A stretch of 64,000 bases of DNA from Chloroflexota bacterium. Its GTDB lineage: Bacteria > Chloroflexota > Limnocylindria > P2-11E. Every line of letters starts with the position of its first letter. The first letter of the stretch is position 1. A model generated the notes under the pieces. It was not told where the DNA came from and made no database searches. It worked only from the letters and a program-made list of their open reading frames with translations. Location: positions 86,473 through 150,472 of the forward strand of contig JACQAT010000009.1 of assembly GCA_016194865.1 (NCBI GenBank), written 5' to 3'. Below, piece after piece: positions 42,477-55,989 of the stretch. Made by a program: the position numbers and the translations under genes.

Positions 42477-43535
42477 GTGCCGGAGACGGGCCGGGGCGAC
42501 CGCGAGCGGCCCACGCTGATCGAGCTTCCCTCGACGCCCTCGCTGCTGCCGAGGGAGCTCGCGCCGATGCGCCCGCGACTCGCGCAGGAGGCCTTCAACT
42601 CCGAGGAGCACATCTTCGAGCTGAAGTGGGACGGCCTCCGTGCGCTGCTCTTTTCCGATGCCGACACCGGCATCCGTCTGCTCGATCGGCATGGCGGCGA
42701 TCTCCTCCCGCTCATGCCGGAGCTGCGCGACGTTCGCCTTCCAGCGGGGACCGTGCTCGACGGCGAGGTCATCGTCTGCGACACGCGCGGCCGCCCGAGC
42801 TACGACCTGCTCGCCGCCCGCGTCGGCCCGAAGGCGCTCCGCCGCGGTCGCGGTCCGTATTTCGTGGCGTTCGACCTGCTGTACGAGGACCATCGCTCCC
42901 TCATGGCCCGATCCCTCATGGACCGCCGCGCGAAGCTCGCGCGCGGGCCGTACGCGGGACGCCACGTGCTCGTGCCGGAGCACCTCGACACCGATGGCGA
43001 GCCGTTCCTCGACGTCGTCGCGGAGTACGGGCTGGAGGGCATCGTGGCGAAGCGGCGCGAGAGCCGCTACCTGCCCGGATCGCGCACGTCCGATTGGCTC
43101 AAGTGCTTCGTCACGCCGCGCGTCGACGTGGTGCTCGGCGCGCTGCTCATCGATGAGACCCACGGCGCGCGCGCCGCGCTGTGCGGCTACATGACGGCAG
43201 CCGGCGCGCTCGTCTACGCCGGCGAGGCGGCGGTGCCCCCGTATCTTTCTGAATGGCTCGACCGGTCGACGCGCTCGTTCGCCGGCGATGCCTCGCCCTT
43301 CTCAGGGCCGGTATCGGTGAGGGAGGGCGTGCGCTGGCTGCGGCCGCGTCTGGTCGCGATCGTCGAGCACAGCGGCGAGCCCGGCGAGCTCCAGGACGGA
43401 CGCTTCCGCGCGCTGCGGTTCGACGGCCGCGCCGCCGATTGCCACGTCGAGGAGCCGGTGCCCGTGCCATCCGGGCCGCCGAGCGGGCGCTCCGAGCGGC
43501 CGCGACTGGTGGTGCTGCATTCGCTGCCGTTGTGA
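42477..43535 (+). CDS. Stand-alone ATP-dependent DNA ligase (LigC-like)
   Basis: Contains FELKWDGLRALLF (KxDG), LDGEVIV, FDLLY and EGIVAKR. There are no PE or Pol domains. Start is GTG 42477 or ATG 42567. Confidence 0.85.
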   Translation: MPETGRGDRERPTLIELPSTPSLLPRELAPMRPRLAQEAFNSEEHIFELKWDGLRALLFSDADTGIRLLDRHGGDLLPLMPELRDVRLPAGTVLDGEVIVCDTRGRPSYDLLAARVGPKALRRGRGPYFVAFDLLYEDHRSLMARSLMDRRAKLARGPYAGRHVLVPEHLDTDGEPFLDVVAEYGLEGIVAKRRESRYLPGSRTSDWLKCFVTPRVDVVLGALLIDETHGARAALCGYMTAAGALVYAGEAAVPPYLSEWLDRSTRSFAGDASPFSGPVSVREGVRWLRPRLVAIVEHSGEPGELQDGRFRALRFDGRAADCHVEEPVPVPSGPPSGRSERPRLVVLHSLPL

Positions 43536-45229
<1,694 letters not shown>

Positions 45230-45230
<1 letters not shown>

Positions 45231-45913
45231 TGCAGCTGTTCCTCGACACCGCGGACGTCGAAGAGGTCCGCACGGGGGTCGTCGACTGGGGCGTCGTCAC
45301 CGGCGTCACGACGAACCCGACGCTCATCGCGAGGGCCGGCCAGGACCACGAGACCCAGGTCAAGAAGATCTGCGCGATCGTCGGCAACGTCTCCGCGGAG
45401 GTCGTCAGCACGAAGAAGGACGACATCATCACCGAGGGCCGCCGCATCGCGGCGTGGCACGAGAACGTCATCGTGAAGGTGCCGATGACGCCCGACGGGC
45501 TCGGCGCCGGCAAGGTCCTGGCGGGCGAGGGTGTCCGCATCAACGTCACGCTGTGCTTCAGCGTGAATCAGGCGCTGCTCGCGGCGGCGATCGGCGCGTA
45601 CATCGTGAGCCCGTTCATCGGCCGGCTCGACGACATCAACGAGCCCGGGATCGAGCTGATCAAGAGCGTCGTCGCCGCGTACCGCCAGCAATCCATCAAG
45701 ACGAAGGTGCTGTCCGCCAGCCTGCGCAATCCAATCCACGTGCAGGACTCGGCCCTCGCCGGCGCGGACATCGGCACGATGCCGTTCAAGGTGCTCGAGT
45801 CGATGATGAAGCACCCGCTGACCGACGCGGGGCTCGAGAAGTTCCTGGCCGACTACCGCAAGACGCAGGAGCCGAAGCCCGTCCAGAGCGACAAGGGCGC
45901 GCCCGCCCGCTAG
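45230..45913 (+). CDS. tal: Transaldolase / fructose-6-phosphate aldolase family (short Tal type)
   Basis: The ATG overlaps the pyrG stop (TGATG). Contains MQLFLDTADVEEV, GVTTNPTL, Schiff-base Lys context VIVKVP and SPFIGRLDD. Confidence 0.88.
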
Positions 45914-47040
45914 CGCCGGGGCGGCTCCCCCACCACGAGCTCGCGCGGATCCGCGTTCGCCACACCGCACAGGTCGAGCACGCAGAGCAGCAGCGCCGTG
46001 TCCTCGTCCGTGCGGCCCTGCTTGATCGCGAGGTCGGTCGCGTACAGCGCCTCGTAGGCGCGGGTCACGTCGGAGCGCCGGAGCAGGCGCGCCTTCGCCT
46101 GCCAGCGGAGGATCGCACCGGGCGAGGAGCGGATGGCCTTCGCCGCGCGATTGGCGTCGTCGTTGGACCGCATCGCCGAGGCGAAGAGCAGCACCCGGAA
46201 TTGCCAGAGCAGCAGCGCGAGGATCTGCTGCGGCACCTGGCCCCCTTCGAGCAGGCCGTGCAGCAGGCGGACCGCCTCGCGCGAGTCCTTCCGCACCACC
46301 GCGTCGGTCAGCTTGAAGACGTCGCTCTCGATCGCGCCCGCGACCAGCGCTTTGACGTCGTCCGCCTCGATCCGCTTGCCGCCCGCGTACGCGCCGAGCT
46401 TCGCGAGCTCCCGCTCGACGCGATCGGCATCGACGCGGTCGCTCTCGATCGCCGCCGCCGCCAGCTCCGAGACCGCTCCCGGCGTGAGCTCGAGCCCCAT
46501 CAGCCGCGCGCGCGTGGTGACCCAGGCCGATGCGGCGCCGCTCTCGAGGCGGTCGATCCGCTCGACCTGACCGCCCGCCGCGGTCACGCTCGCCGTCAGG
46601 TCGAGCGGGCCGGCCTCGGCCGTGCTCTTCCTCGGCGCGCGGGCCGGCGCGCGACGTCGGGTCGCGGCCGGGCTCGAGGTGACGAGCACCAGCCATGCGT
46701 CGGCCGGGAACTCCGCGATGAACGAATGGTCTTTGAGCGCGTCTGCGTGCTCGACGATCACGACGCGCCGCTCGTCGGTCGCCGCGAACAGGCCCTGCGC
46801 CCGGCCGGACATCGCGATGTCGCTCACCGCGTCCGAGCTCGCGTCGTGCCGCGTGACGCCGATCGGCTGACCGAGGTCGGGACTCTTCCGGTGCGCGAGA
46901 TCGCTCGCATCGGGAGCGGTCGCGCCGTCGGTGAGGAGCGCGGTCACGAGCTCAGCGAGCCGCAGCCGGGAGCGGAACGGGTCGAGCGCGAGGAGGAGGA
47001 AGACCGTTCGCGCGGGTGCGGACGGTGAAACGCGCGCCAT
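45910..47040 (-). CDS. holA: DNA polymerase III delta subunit
   Basis: ATG at 47040. VFLLLALDPF N-terminus, with C-terminal delta-fold helices (DVFKLTDAVV, LLWQFRVLL). It lies downstream of comEC as in many genomes, and its 5' end overlaps the comEC 3' end by 89 nt. Confidence 0.75.
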   Translation of the reverse strand: MARVSPSAPARTVFLLLALDPFRSRLRLAELVTALLTDGATAPDASDLAHRKSPDLGQPIGVTRHDASSDAVSDIAMSGRAQGLFAATDERRVVIVEHADALKDHSFIAEFPADAWLVLVTSSPAATRRRAPARAPRKSTAEAGPLDLTASVTAAGGQVERIDRLESGAASAWVTTRARLMGLELTPGAVSELAAAAIESDRVDADRVERELAKLGAYAGGKRIEADDVKALVAGAIESDVFKLTDAVVRKDSREAVRLLHGLLEGGQVPQQILALLLWQFRVLLFASAMRSNDDANRAAKAIRSSPGAILRWQAKARLLRRSDVTRAYEALYATDLAIKQGRTDEDTALLLCVLDLCGVANADPRELVVGEPPRR

Positions 47041-48997
47041 CTGCGTCGATCTCCACGGTTCCGTCGCGATCCGTCCGATACGTCGGCAGGTCACCGAGCG
47101 CGCTGAGCGTCTCCGGTGTGGGGTGCCCGTAGCGGTTGTTCGCGCCGACCGAGAGTACCGCGGCCTCGGGTCGCACCGCATTCACCAGCGGCTTCGCGTG
47201 TGGTGTGGCCGCGCCGTGGTGCGGCGGCACGTAGACACGCGCCGCGAGCGTCGCGGGTGCCAGCAGCAGGTCGGCCTGCGCCTGTTCGGTCGCGTCGCCC
47301 ATGAACAGCATCGAGAAGCCGCCGAGCTCGTAGCGAAGCACCAGGGACGGCACGTCGACCTTCGGATCGTCGAGCGGGGACAGCGCGCGGAGCTCCGCAT
47401 CGCCGAGCCGGACGCGCATCCCGGCCTGCAGCGCGCGACGCGGCACCTGCGCGCGGTCCGCGGCGTCGTGCCAGAGCGTCGTCAGCGGCACATCGTTGAT
47501 GCCGGCGGGCTCGACCGCGAGGCCGATCTCGTAGCGTTCGAACAGCGCCAGGAGACCCGCGCCGTGATCGACGTGCGCGTGCGTGAGCGCGACGACGTCG
47601 ATGCGGCGCGACCACGGAGGCAGCGCCGTGCCGAGCTCCTCGAGCAGGCGCGCGGGATCGGGACCGCCGTCGATGAGCACGAGGTTTCCCTGGCTCTCGA
47701 TGAGGAACGCGTCGCCCTGACCGATGTCGAGCGCCCGGACGCGGATCGCCGGATGCGGCAGCGCGAGGATCACGGCCGTCGCGACGATGAGGAGCGCGGC
47801 GATCGCGAGCCGGCGCCATTGCGGTCGCGGGATGCGCATCCGCGGCCCCGCGGGTCGCACGCGTGAGGCGCCGTAGAGGCCGCCCGCCACCAGCGCGGCG
47901 GCGGCGAGGCCGGAGCCGGGGCCGGCGGGCAGCTCGACCGCCGCCCCGGGCAGACCCGCGCACAGCTCGACCACGGTGCGCAGCGCGAAGGCGAAGCTGT
48001 ACGCGATCGCGGCGAAGGGGCGACCGGCGTCGAGCGAGATCGCGCCGAGCGCGCTCGCGGCGATCCCGCTCACCATCAGCGCGGGGAAGAGCGGGACCGC
48101 CACGAGGTTGGCCAGCGGCGCGATGAGCGACACGCGGCCGAAGACCGCGAGCACGAGCGGCAGCGTCGGCAAGGTCGCCGCGAGCGTCGTCGCCAGACCC
48201 TCGGCGATGGCAGTCGGGAGCCGCGCGCAGCGATCCGCGATCGGACGCTGGAGCCCGAGCAGCCCGGCGGTCGCCGCGGCGCTCAAGGCGAAGCCGACGT
48301 CGCCGACCATCGCGGGGTCCGCGATCAGGATCGCGGCGATCGACGCGCAGAGCGCGTTGGCGCCGGCCGACGGCCTGCCGAGCGCGACGGCGAGCGCCGC
48401 GACGCCGGCCATGAGCGCGGCGCGCAGGACGCTGCCCGAGAGGCCGACGAGCACGCTGTACAGCGCGACCGCGAGCACCGTGAGCAGCGCGACGAGCGAG
48501 GCGCGGAGATGGCCGCGCGCGGCGAGGCCCACCGCGGCGCCGACGAGTGTCATGTTGAAGCCGGAGATCGCGAGCAGATGCGTGGTGCCGCTTCGCGCGA
48601 ACGCCGCATTCAGCGTCGCGGGTATCGACTGGCGCTCGCCGAGGACGATCCCGAGCAGGATCGCGCTCTCGGGGTCGGGCACCAGGCGCCGCAGCGGGAA
48701 CGCGAGCGCGTCCCGGACCGGCGCCAGCGGATCGCCCGCGGGATGCGGGACCCACGCGTCGCCGAAGCCGAGCCGCACGGCGAGCGCCAGGGCACACGCC
48801 GCCAGCGCGCCCCAGGTCAGGCGCCGCCGCCGATCCTGGCTGGCAACGCACAGCGACGCGGCGATGACGCAGGTCGCGAGCGCGACGAGCGCCGCGAGCA
48901 GCGGCGCGCGCGCGGCGGCCGCGGCGAGCGCGACCGACGCCAGCGCGGCCGGCAACATCGGGAACGCGAGCACGCGTGTCATCGCGCCGCCGCTCAT
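46952..48997 (-). CDS. comEC: DNA internalisation competence protein ComEC/Rec2 with metallo-beta-lactamase domain
   Basis: Polytopic competence domain (SGTTHLLAISGFNM), followed by an MBL domain (LDIGQGDAFLI, LTHAHVDHGAGL). Confidence 0.88.
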   Translation of the reverse strand: MSGGAMTRVLAFPMLPAALASVALAAAAARAPLLAALVALATCVIAASLCVASQDRRRRLTWGALAACALALAVRLGFGDAWVPHPAGDPLAPVRDALAFPLRRLVPDPESAILLGIVLGERQSIPATLNAAFARSGTTHLLAISGFNMTLVGAAVGLAARGHLRASLVALLTVLAVALYSVLVGLSGSVLRAALMAGVAALAVALGRPSAGANALCASIAAILIADPAMVGDVGFALSAAATAGLLGLQRPIADRCARLPTAIAEGLATTLAATLPTLPLVLAVFGRVSLIAPLANLVAVPLFPALMVSGIAASALGAISLDAGRPFAAIAYSFAFALRTVVELCAGLPGAAVELPAGPGSGLAAAALVAGGLYGASRVRPAGPRMRIPRPQWRRLAIAALLIVATAVILALPHPAIRVRALDIGQGDAFLIESQGNLVLIDGGPDPARLLEELGTALPPWSRRIDVVALTHAHVDHGAGLLALFERYEIGLAVEPAGINDVPLTTLWHDAADRAQVPRRALQAGMRVRLGDAELRALSPLDDPKVDVPSLVLRYELGGFSMLFMGDATEQAQADLLLAPATLAARVYVPPHHGAATPHAKPLVNAVRPEAAVLSVGANNRYGHPTPETLSALGDLPTYRTDRDGTVEIDADGARFTVRTRANGLPPPRARPVPLPAAAR

Positions 48998-49587
48998 CTG
49001 ACGATCAGCTGGTCTCGGATGTCCGCGAGGACCTTTGGCGTGACGAGGCCGCGCGTCTGCAGCTCGTTCACCGACGAGAAGCGCCGCTGCTCGCGCGAGC
49101 GGACGATCCGCGCGGCGGTCGCGGGGCCGAGCCCGGGCAGGCCGTCAAGCTGAGCGGCGATCGCCTCGTTGAGGTCGATCTTGAGCTCCGACTCGCTGCC
49201 CGCGCTGCCGGCCGGTGGCGTCTCGCCCCGCTTTGGCACGTAGATCCGGGAGCCGTCACGGAGCGGCGCGGCCTTGTTCAGCGCGAAGAGATCGGCGTCA
49301 CCGGTCATCCCCCCGGCCGCGAGCAGCGCGTCCAGCACGCGCGAGCCAAGCGGAAGGCGGACGACGCCGGGATGCGCGATCGCGCCGACGACGTCCACCT
49401 GGATGGTCGGCGCAGGCGTCGCGGTGGCCGGAGCGCTCGTCGCGACCTCGATCACCGGCGGCGGCGTCCGGCCACGCGCGAGCGCGCCTGTGGCCACGCC
49501 CAGCACGGCGAGCAGCGGGACCGCGATCAGGGCGAGACGGCGCACCCCGCGAGCCTGCGCGTCGCGCGCGTGTCGGCGCCATCGCAC
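48994..49587 (-). CDS. comEA: ComEA-type DNA receptor (SLBB + helix-hairpin-helix)
   Basis: TM anchor and SLBB-like VDVVGAIAHPGVVRLPLGSRV. HhH region IDLNEAIAAQLDGLPGLGPATAARIV. The stop overlaps the comEC start (ATGA). Confidence 0.85.
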   Translation of the reverse strand: MRWRRHARDAQARGVRRLALIAVPLLAVLGVATGALARGRTPPPVIEVATSAPATATPAPTIQVDVVGAIAHPGVVRLPLGSRVLDALLAAGGMTGDADLFALNKAAPLRDGSRIYVPKRGETPPAGSAGSESELKIDLNEAIAAQLDGLPGLGPATAARIVRSREQRRFSSVNELQTRGLVTPKVLADIRDQLIVR

Positions 49588-49600
49588 AAAGCGCTCGTTC

Positions 49601-49624
49601 CCTGTCGTCCAAACGGACGACAGG
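49601..49624 (-). other. Intergenic hairpin (10-bp perfect stem, 4-nt loop)
   Basis: CCTGTCGTCC AAAC GGACGACAGG, between the 136-aa gene and comEA. No U-tract. Confidence 0.5.
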
Positions 49625-49629
49625 CGTCA

Positions 49630-50036
49630 TCAATTCGCTCGGCGGCCCTGTTGCGTGGCGCTCATCTGGACGATCGCGACCGGCACGCTGCCGACCATCT
49701 CCCCGTCGACCTCGAGGTCGAAGCGATGCTCACCGGAGACGTTGAAGGTCATGTTGTTGAGCTCGACGATCACGTTCACGTCCTGGCCGGCGACCGCGTG
49801 CACGGAGATCTCGGGCGGATTCGGCATGCTCGGCGTCCCGTCGGGGTTGCGCATGCGCACGATGACCGCATGCGCCCCCATCTCCATGTTGAGGATGGCG
49901 ACCAGGAACATGCGCGGGTGCTGCGCGGGGAGCGAGCTGACGCTGATGTTGCGGAAGATGCCCATCAGGCTGACCTTCCCGTCCTGCCCGACGAGCGCGT
50001 GATCGCAGAGCACCGCGAGGCGGACCTCGGGCGCGC

Positions 50037-50040
<4 letters not shown>
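49630..50040 (-). CDS. Hypothetical protein (136 aa), predicted beta-rich
   Basis: TTG start overlaps the leuS stop (TTGA). Sequence begins MSAPEVRLAVLCDHALVGQDGKVSLMGIFRNI... I cannot assign a family with confidence. Confidence 0.5.
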
Positions 50041-52481
<2,441 letters not shown>

Positions 52482-52668
52482 GCCGCTCACCTCCGGAAAC
52501 ACGAATGACCCTTCGTCCCTGAATGAAGATCAGGTCAGGGACGAAAGGGTCACTTCCGCGGTACCACCCCACTTGAGAGAACGCCGGCTTCGGGGCCGGT
52601 ACATTCGTACAAACCCGTCGTCGCCCGCGAGAGTGAGCAAGCTCCCTCTCGCAGGCTCCTCGGTTTTG
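52482..52668 (-). promoter_or_regulatory. T-box riboswitch leader of leuS
   Basis: On the minus strand: AAGUGGGGUGGUACCGCGG (T-box consensus, plus-strand coordinates 52556-52572). This is followed by a ~16-bp terminator helix GACCCUUUCGUCCCUGA...UCAGGGACGAAGGGUC (52507-52551), then AUUCGUGUUUCC. An AGAGG-containing Stem I-like hairpin lies upstream. Confidence 0.8.
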
Positions 52669-52740
52669 TGGAGCTGGCGGGATTCGAACCCGCGACCCCC
52701 ACACTGCCAGTGTGATGCGCTCCCACTGCGCCACAGCCCC
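52669..52740 (-). tRNA. tRNA-Ala (anticodon GGC)
   Basis: Manual cloverleaf. Acceptor GGGGCTG/CAGCTCC with G3:U70, anticodon loop CTGGCAG, T loop TTCGAAT. 72 nt. Confidence 0.88.
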
Positions 52741-52942
52741 ATGCGCTCTCTCCGCTCGAGCACGGGTGGTAACGGGACGTGACCCCGGCGAACGCTGGCT
52801 CGTGCCTCACGCTCGCGGCTCCCGGGCGAGATTCCGTCGTCGTCCACACCAGCTCGCACCGTCCGCTGGCTCTCTGCGTGCACGCGCGGCGTACTGCTCC
52901 CGTTCGCAGCCGTTGAAGGTCGAAGTATAGGCGGCCGCGAGG

Positions 52943-54109
52943 TCAGAGCCTCGGGGCAGCTCCCGCTTCGCGGCGCATCGCGACGCTCTGCAGCACACCG
53001 AGCGCGAAGCAGATCGACAGCAGCGACGACCCGCCGTGAGAGATGAACGGCAGCGGGATGCCGGTGACCGGCATGAGCGAGATCGCCATGCCGACGTTCA
53101 CGACGACCTGGAACGCGATCATCGAGACCACGCCGGCCGCGAGCAGCGAGCCGAAGGGGTCGCGCGCGCGCAGCGCGAGCCGCAGCGCCGCGAGCAGCAG
53201 GACGACGTACAGCGCGAAGAGGATCACCGCGCCGACGTAGCCGAGATCCTCGGCGAGACCGGCGAACACGAAGTCCGACTCCGCGATCGGCAGGTAGCCG
53301 AGCGGCGATTGCGTGCCCGCGGTGAGCCCCTTGCCCGTCGCCTCGCCGGAGCCCACGGCGATGAGGGACTGGATGATGTTCCAGCCCGCACCCTGCGGAT
53401 CCGCGTACGGATCGAGGAACGCGACGAGCCGCGCGCGCTGGTAGTCCTTGAGCAACGACCACACCAGCGGGAACGCCGCACCCGCGCCCGCGATCAGCGC
53501 GGTGAGCTGCCACAATCGGGCGCCAGCCAAGAAAGCGATGCCGAAGAAGATCGCGATGAACACGAGGCTGGTGCCGAGGTCGGGCTGGCGATAGACGAGC
53601 AGCGCCGGCGGCACGATGAGCAGCAGCGCGCCGCCGAGCGTCGTGATCGAGCGCGCCCGGTCATGGCGATCCGCCCACCACTTCGCCAGCACGATGACCA
53701 TCAGTACCTTCGCCAATTCGCTCACCTGGATCTTTTGCCCTGCGAGCGGGATCCAGCGCTGACCGCCGAGCACCGAGACGCCGATGAAGAGCACGACCGC
53801 GAGCGCCGCGAGGGTGACCAGGTACAGCACGGGTGCGAACGTCCCGAGCCACGAGTAGTCGACGAAGGCCACGGCGAGCATCAGCACGATGCCCAGGGCC
53901 GCGAAGACCGCACCGCGCACGACGAACTCGGACGGGTCTCCGCTGAACGAGCGGTCCTCGGCGGTGACCGAGTACGTCATCACGAGCCCGTAGCAGATGA
54001 GCAGCAGCGAGGACGCGAGCAGCAGCGGATCGAGCTGCCGCAGCTGGCGGGCCGATGGGCGCTCGCGCCTCGTCGCGGAGCGGGGCAGCGCGATGGACCG
54101 CGACGTCAT
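52943..54109 (-). CDS. rodA: Peptidoglycan polymerase RodA (SEDS family, FtsW/RodA)
   Basis: ATG at 54109 overlaps the PBP2 stop (ATGA). 388 aa, polytopic. C-terminus is PVTGIPLPFISHGGSS. Its position downstream of mrdA favours RodA over FtsW. Confidence 0.85.
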   Translation of the reverse strand: MTSRSIALPRSATRRERPSARQLRQLDPLLLASSLLLICYGLVMTYSVTAEDRSFSGDPSEFVVRGAVFAALGIVLMLAVAFVDYSWLGTFAPVLYLVTLAALAVVLFIGVSVLGGQRWIPLAGQKIQVSELAKVLMVIVLAKWWADRHDRARSITTLGGALLLIVPPALLVYRQPDLGTSLVFIAIFFGIAFLAGARLWQLTALIAGAGAAFPLVWSLLKDYQRARLVAFLDPYADPQGAGWNIIQSLIAVGSGEATGKGLTAGTQSPLGYLPIAESDFVFAGLAEDLGYVGAVILFALYVVLLLAALRLALRARDPFGSLLAAGVVSMIAFQVVVNVGMAISLMPVTGIPLPFISHGGSSLLSICFALGVLQSVAMRREAGAAPRL

Positions 54110-55989
54110 GGCTTGACCGGCGTCGCGAGGTATGCCTCGTAGACCCGCTGGGTCATGGCGACCGCGGGGTTGAGGCACAGCTCGCAGAGCGTCTTGCTCG
54201 AGTCGAACGTGAAGATGACCATCGCGATCTCCGCGGTGGGATCGGTGTTGTCGGCCTTCGGCACGAACGATACGAACCAGTTGTGGAAGCCGAGCAGGTT
54301 GCGGCCGGCGCTGTCCTTGCCTGAGGACGCGCCGAATTCGGCGGTCCCGGTCTTGCCCGCGATCGGAAGCTTCGCGTTCGGCATCGAGGCGTGCCCGATG
54401 GTCACCACGCGGCGCGCCGCTTCGCGGAGCAGGCGGAGCTGCTCCGACGGGATCGCCAGCTTGCGCGTGATCTCCGCCTTCGGCACGTAGGTCGCGTTGC
54501 CGCCGAGGTCGTTGACCTGCTTCAGCACGTGCGGTGCGTAGAGGGTGCCACCGTTCGCGACCGCCGCATACGCGTTGAGGAGCTGGAGTGGCGTGACCGC
54601 GACGAAGCCCTGGCCGATCGCCTCCTGGTAGGTGTTGCCGATGGTCCAGGGCTCGTCGAAGGTGGCCTGCTTCCACGCGGGGTCGGGCATGATCCCCGAC
54701 GCCTCGCCCGGGAGATCGATGCCGGTCGGCGCGCCGAAGCCGAGCATGCGCCCGTACTTCGCGATCGCCTCCGGCCCCACCCCGGGGTTGTTGCTCATCG
54801 GACTGCCGGCCGCCAGCGAGTAGAAGTAGATGTCGCTGGAGTGCGCGAAGCCGTTCACGAAATCGAGCGAGCCGTGCGCGGTCCAGTCGAAGAACGGCGT
54901 CCCCGCGATCGTGAAGGACGTCGCGGTGACGTTGACGACGGTGTTGCGCGTCGCGGTGCCCTCGCTGAGCGCGGATAGCCCCGTGACCATCTTGAACGTA
55001 GAGCCCGGTGGATAGATCTCGCCGATCGCCTTGTTGACGAGCGGGTGGCGCGTGTCGGTGTAGATCTGGCGCAGCTGCGCGCTCGTCGCGCCGGTCACGA
55101 AGATGTTGTTGTCGTACGCGGGCGTCGAGACCATCGCGAGGACCTCGCCGTTCTGCGGGTTCATCGCGATGGCGACGGCCTGGGAGAAGGTGTCCTTGGC
55201 GATGCCCTGGTCGAGCTCCTTCTGCAGGATGCGCTGCAGCCGGTCATCGAGCGTGAGCACGAGGTTGCCGCCCGGCTTCGGCGGGACGTGCGCGAGCGTC
55301 TGGATCTCGCGCTGCGCCGCGTCGCGCTCGATCTCGCGCCAGCCGTAGGTGCCGCGCAGGAAGCGTTCGTACACGCGCTCCACCCCGGTGCGCCCGATCG
55401 CGTCATCCGGCAGGTAGCCCGCTTCGCGGCGCGCGTCGAGCTCCTCCGGCGTGATCGAGCCGACGTAGCCGAGGATCGGCGAGTACAGCGGGCCGTCGAC
55501 GTAGCTGCGGATCGCGTCCGCGTCGACCCGCACGCCGGGATAGGCGTCGGCGCGCTCGACGAGCGCGAGCGCGACCTCGCGCGGAACGGGCTTCAGCGAG
55601 AGGCGCACCGGCTCATATGGGTTCTGCGTGCGCTGCAGCTGGATCGCGCTCAACACGTCCTTCCCCTCCCGTCCGAGCAGCGCACCGAGACGTTCGGCCA
55701 GCGCCACCTGCGTCGCGACGGGCAGATCGATCGGGATCACGCTGACCGAGAAGCCGGGGAGGTTGCGCGTGAGGACGACGCCGTTGCGGTCGACGATGAT
55801 CCCCCGCTCCGCGGCGACGGGCAGTCGCAGGATGCGGTTCTGCTCCGAAAGCAGGCGGTACTCGTCGCCATGCACGATCTGCAGGTCGTAGAGGCGCACG
55901 CTCAGCATGACCATCAGGACGACGATCGCCAGCGCCGCCGTCGCGTAGCGCCGCGGGTGGGTCGTCGGTGGCACGCGGGACGACAGCAT
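54106..55989 (-). CDS. mrdA: Penicillin-binding protein 2 (class B transpeptidase)
   Basis: N-terminal anchor and dimerisation domain. Transpeptidase motifs STFK (PPGSTFKM), SSD (HSSDIYF) and KTGT (GKTGTAEF). Confidence 0.9.
   Translation of the reverse strand: MLSSRVPPTTHPRRYATAALAIVVLMVMLSVRLYDLQIVHGDEYRLLSEQNRILRLPVAAERGIIVDRNGVVLTRNLPGFSVSVIPIDLPVATQVALAERLGALLGREGKDVLSAIQLQRTQNPYEPVRLSLKPVPREVALALVERADAYPGVRVDADAIRSYVDGPLYSPILGYVGSITPEELDARREAGYLPDDAIGRTGVERVYERFLRGTYGWREIERDAAQREIQTLAHVPPKPGGNLVLTLDDRLQRILQKELDQGIAKDTFSQAVAIAMNPQNGEVLAMVSTPAYDNNIFVTGATSAQLRQIYTDTRHPLVNKAIGEIYPPGSTFKMVTGLSALSEGTATRNTVVNVTATSFTIAGTPFFDWTAHGSLDFVNGFAHSSDIYFYSLAAGSPMSNNPGVGPEAIAKYGRMLGFGAPTGIDLPGEASGIMPDPAWKQATFDEPWTIGNTYQEAIGQGFVAVTPLQLLNAYAAVANGGTLYAPHVLKQVNDLGGNATYVPKAEITRKLAIPSEQLRLLREAARRVVTIGHASMPNAKLPIAGKTGTAEFGASSGKDSAGRNLLGFHNWFVSFVPKADNTDPTAEIAMVIFTFDSSKTLCELCLNPAVAMTQRVYEAYLATPVKP

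Noticed and set aside
52741-52942. A 200-nt unassigned gap between the rodA stop and tRNA-Ala(GGC), considered as a possible ncRNA.
   Set aside because: I could not recognise any conserved RNA motif or strong structure. It most simply holds the tRNA/leuS promoter and the rodA 3' UTR.
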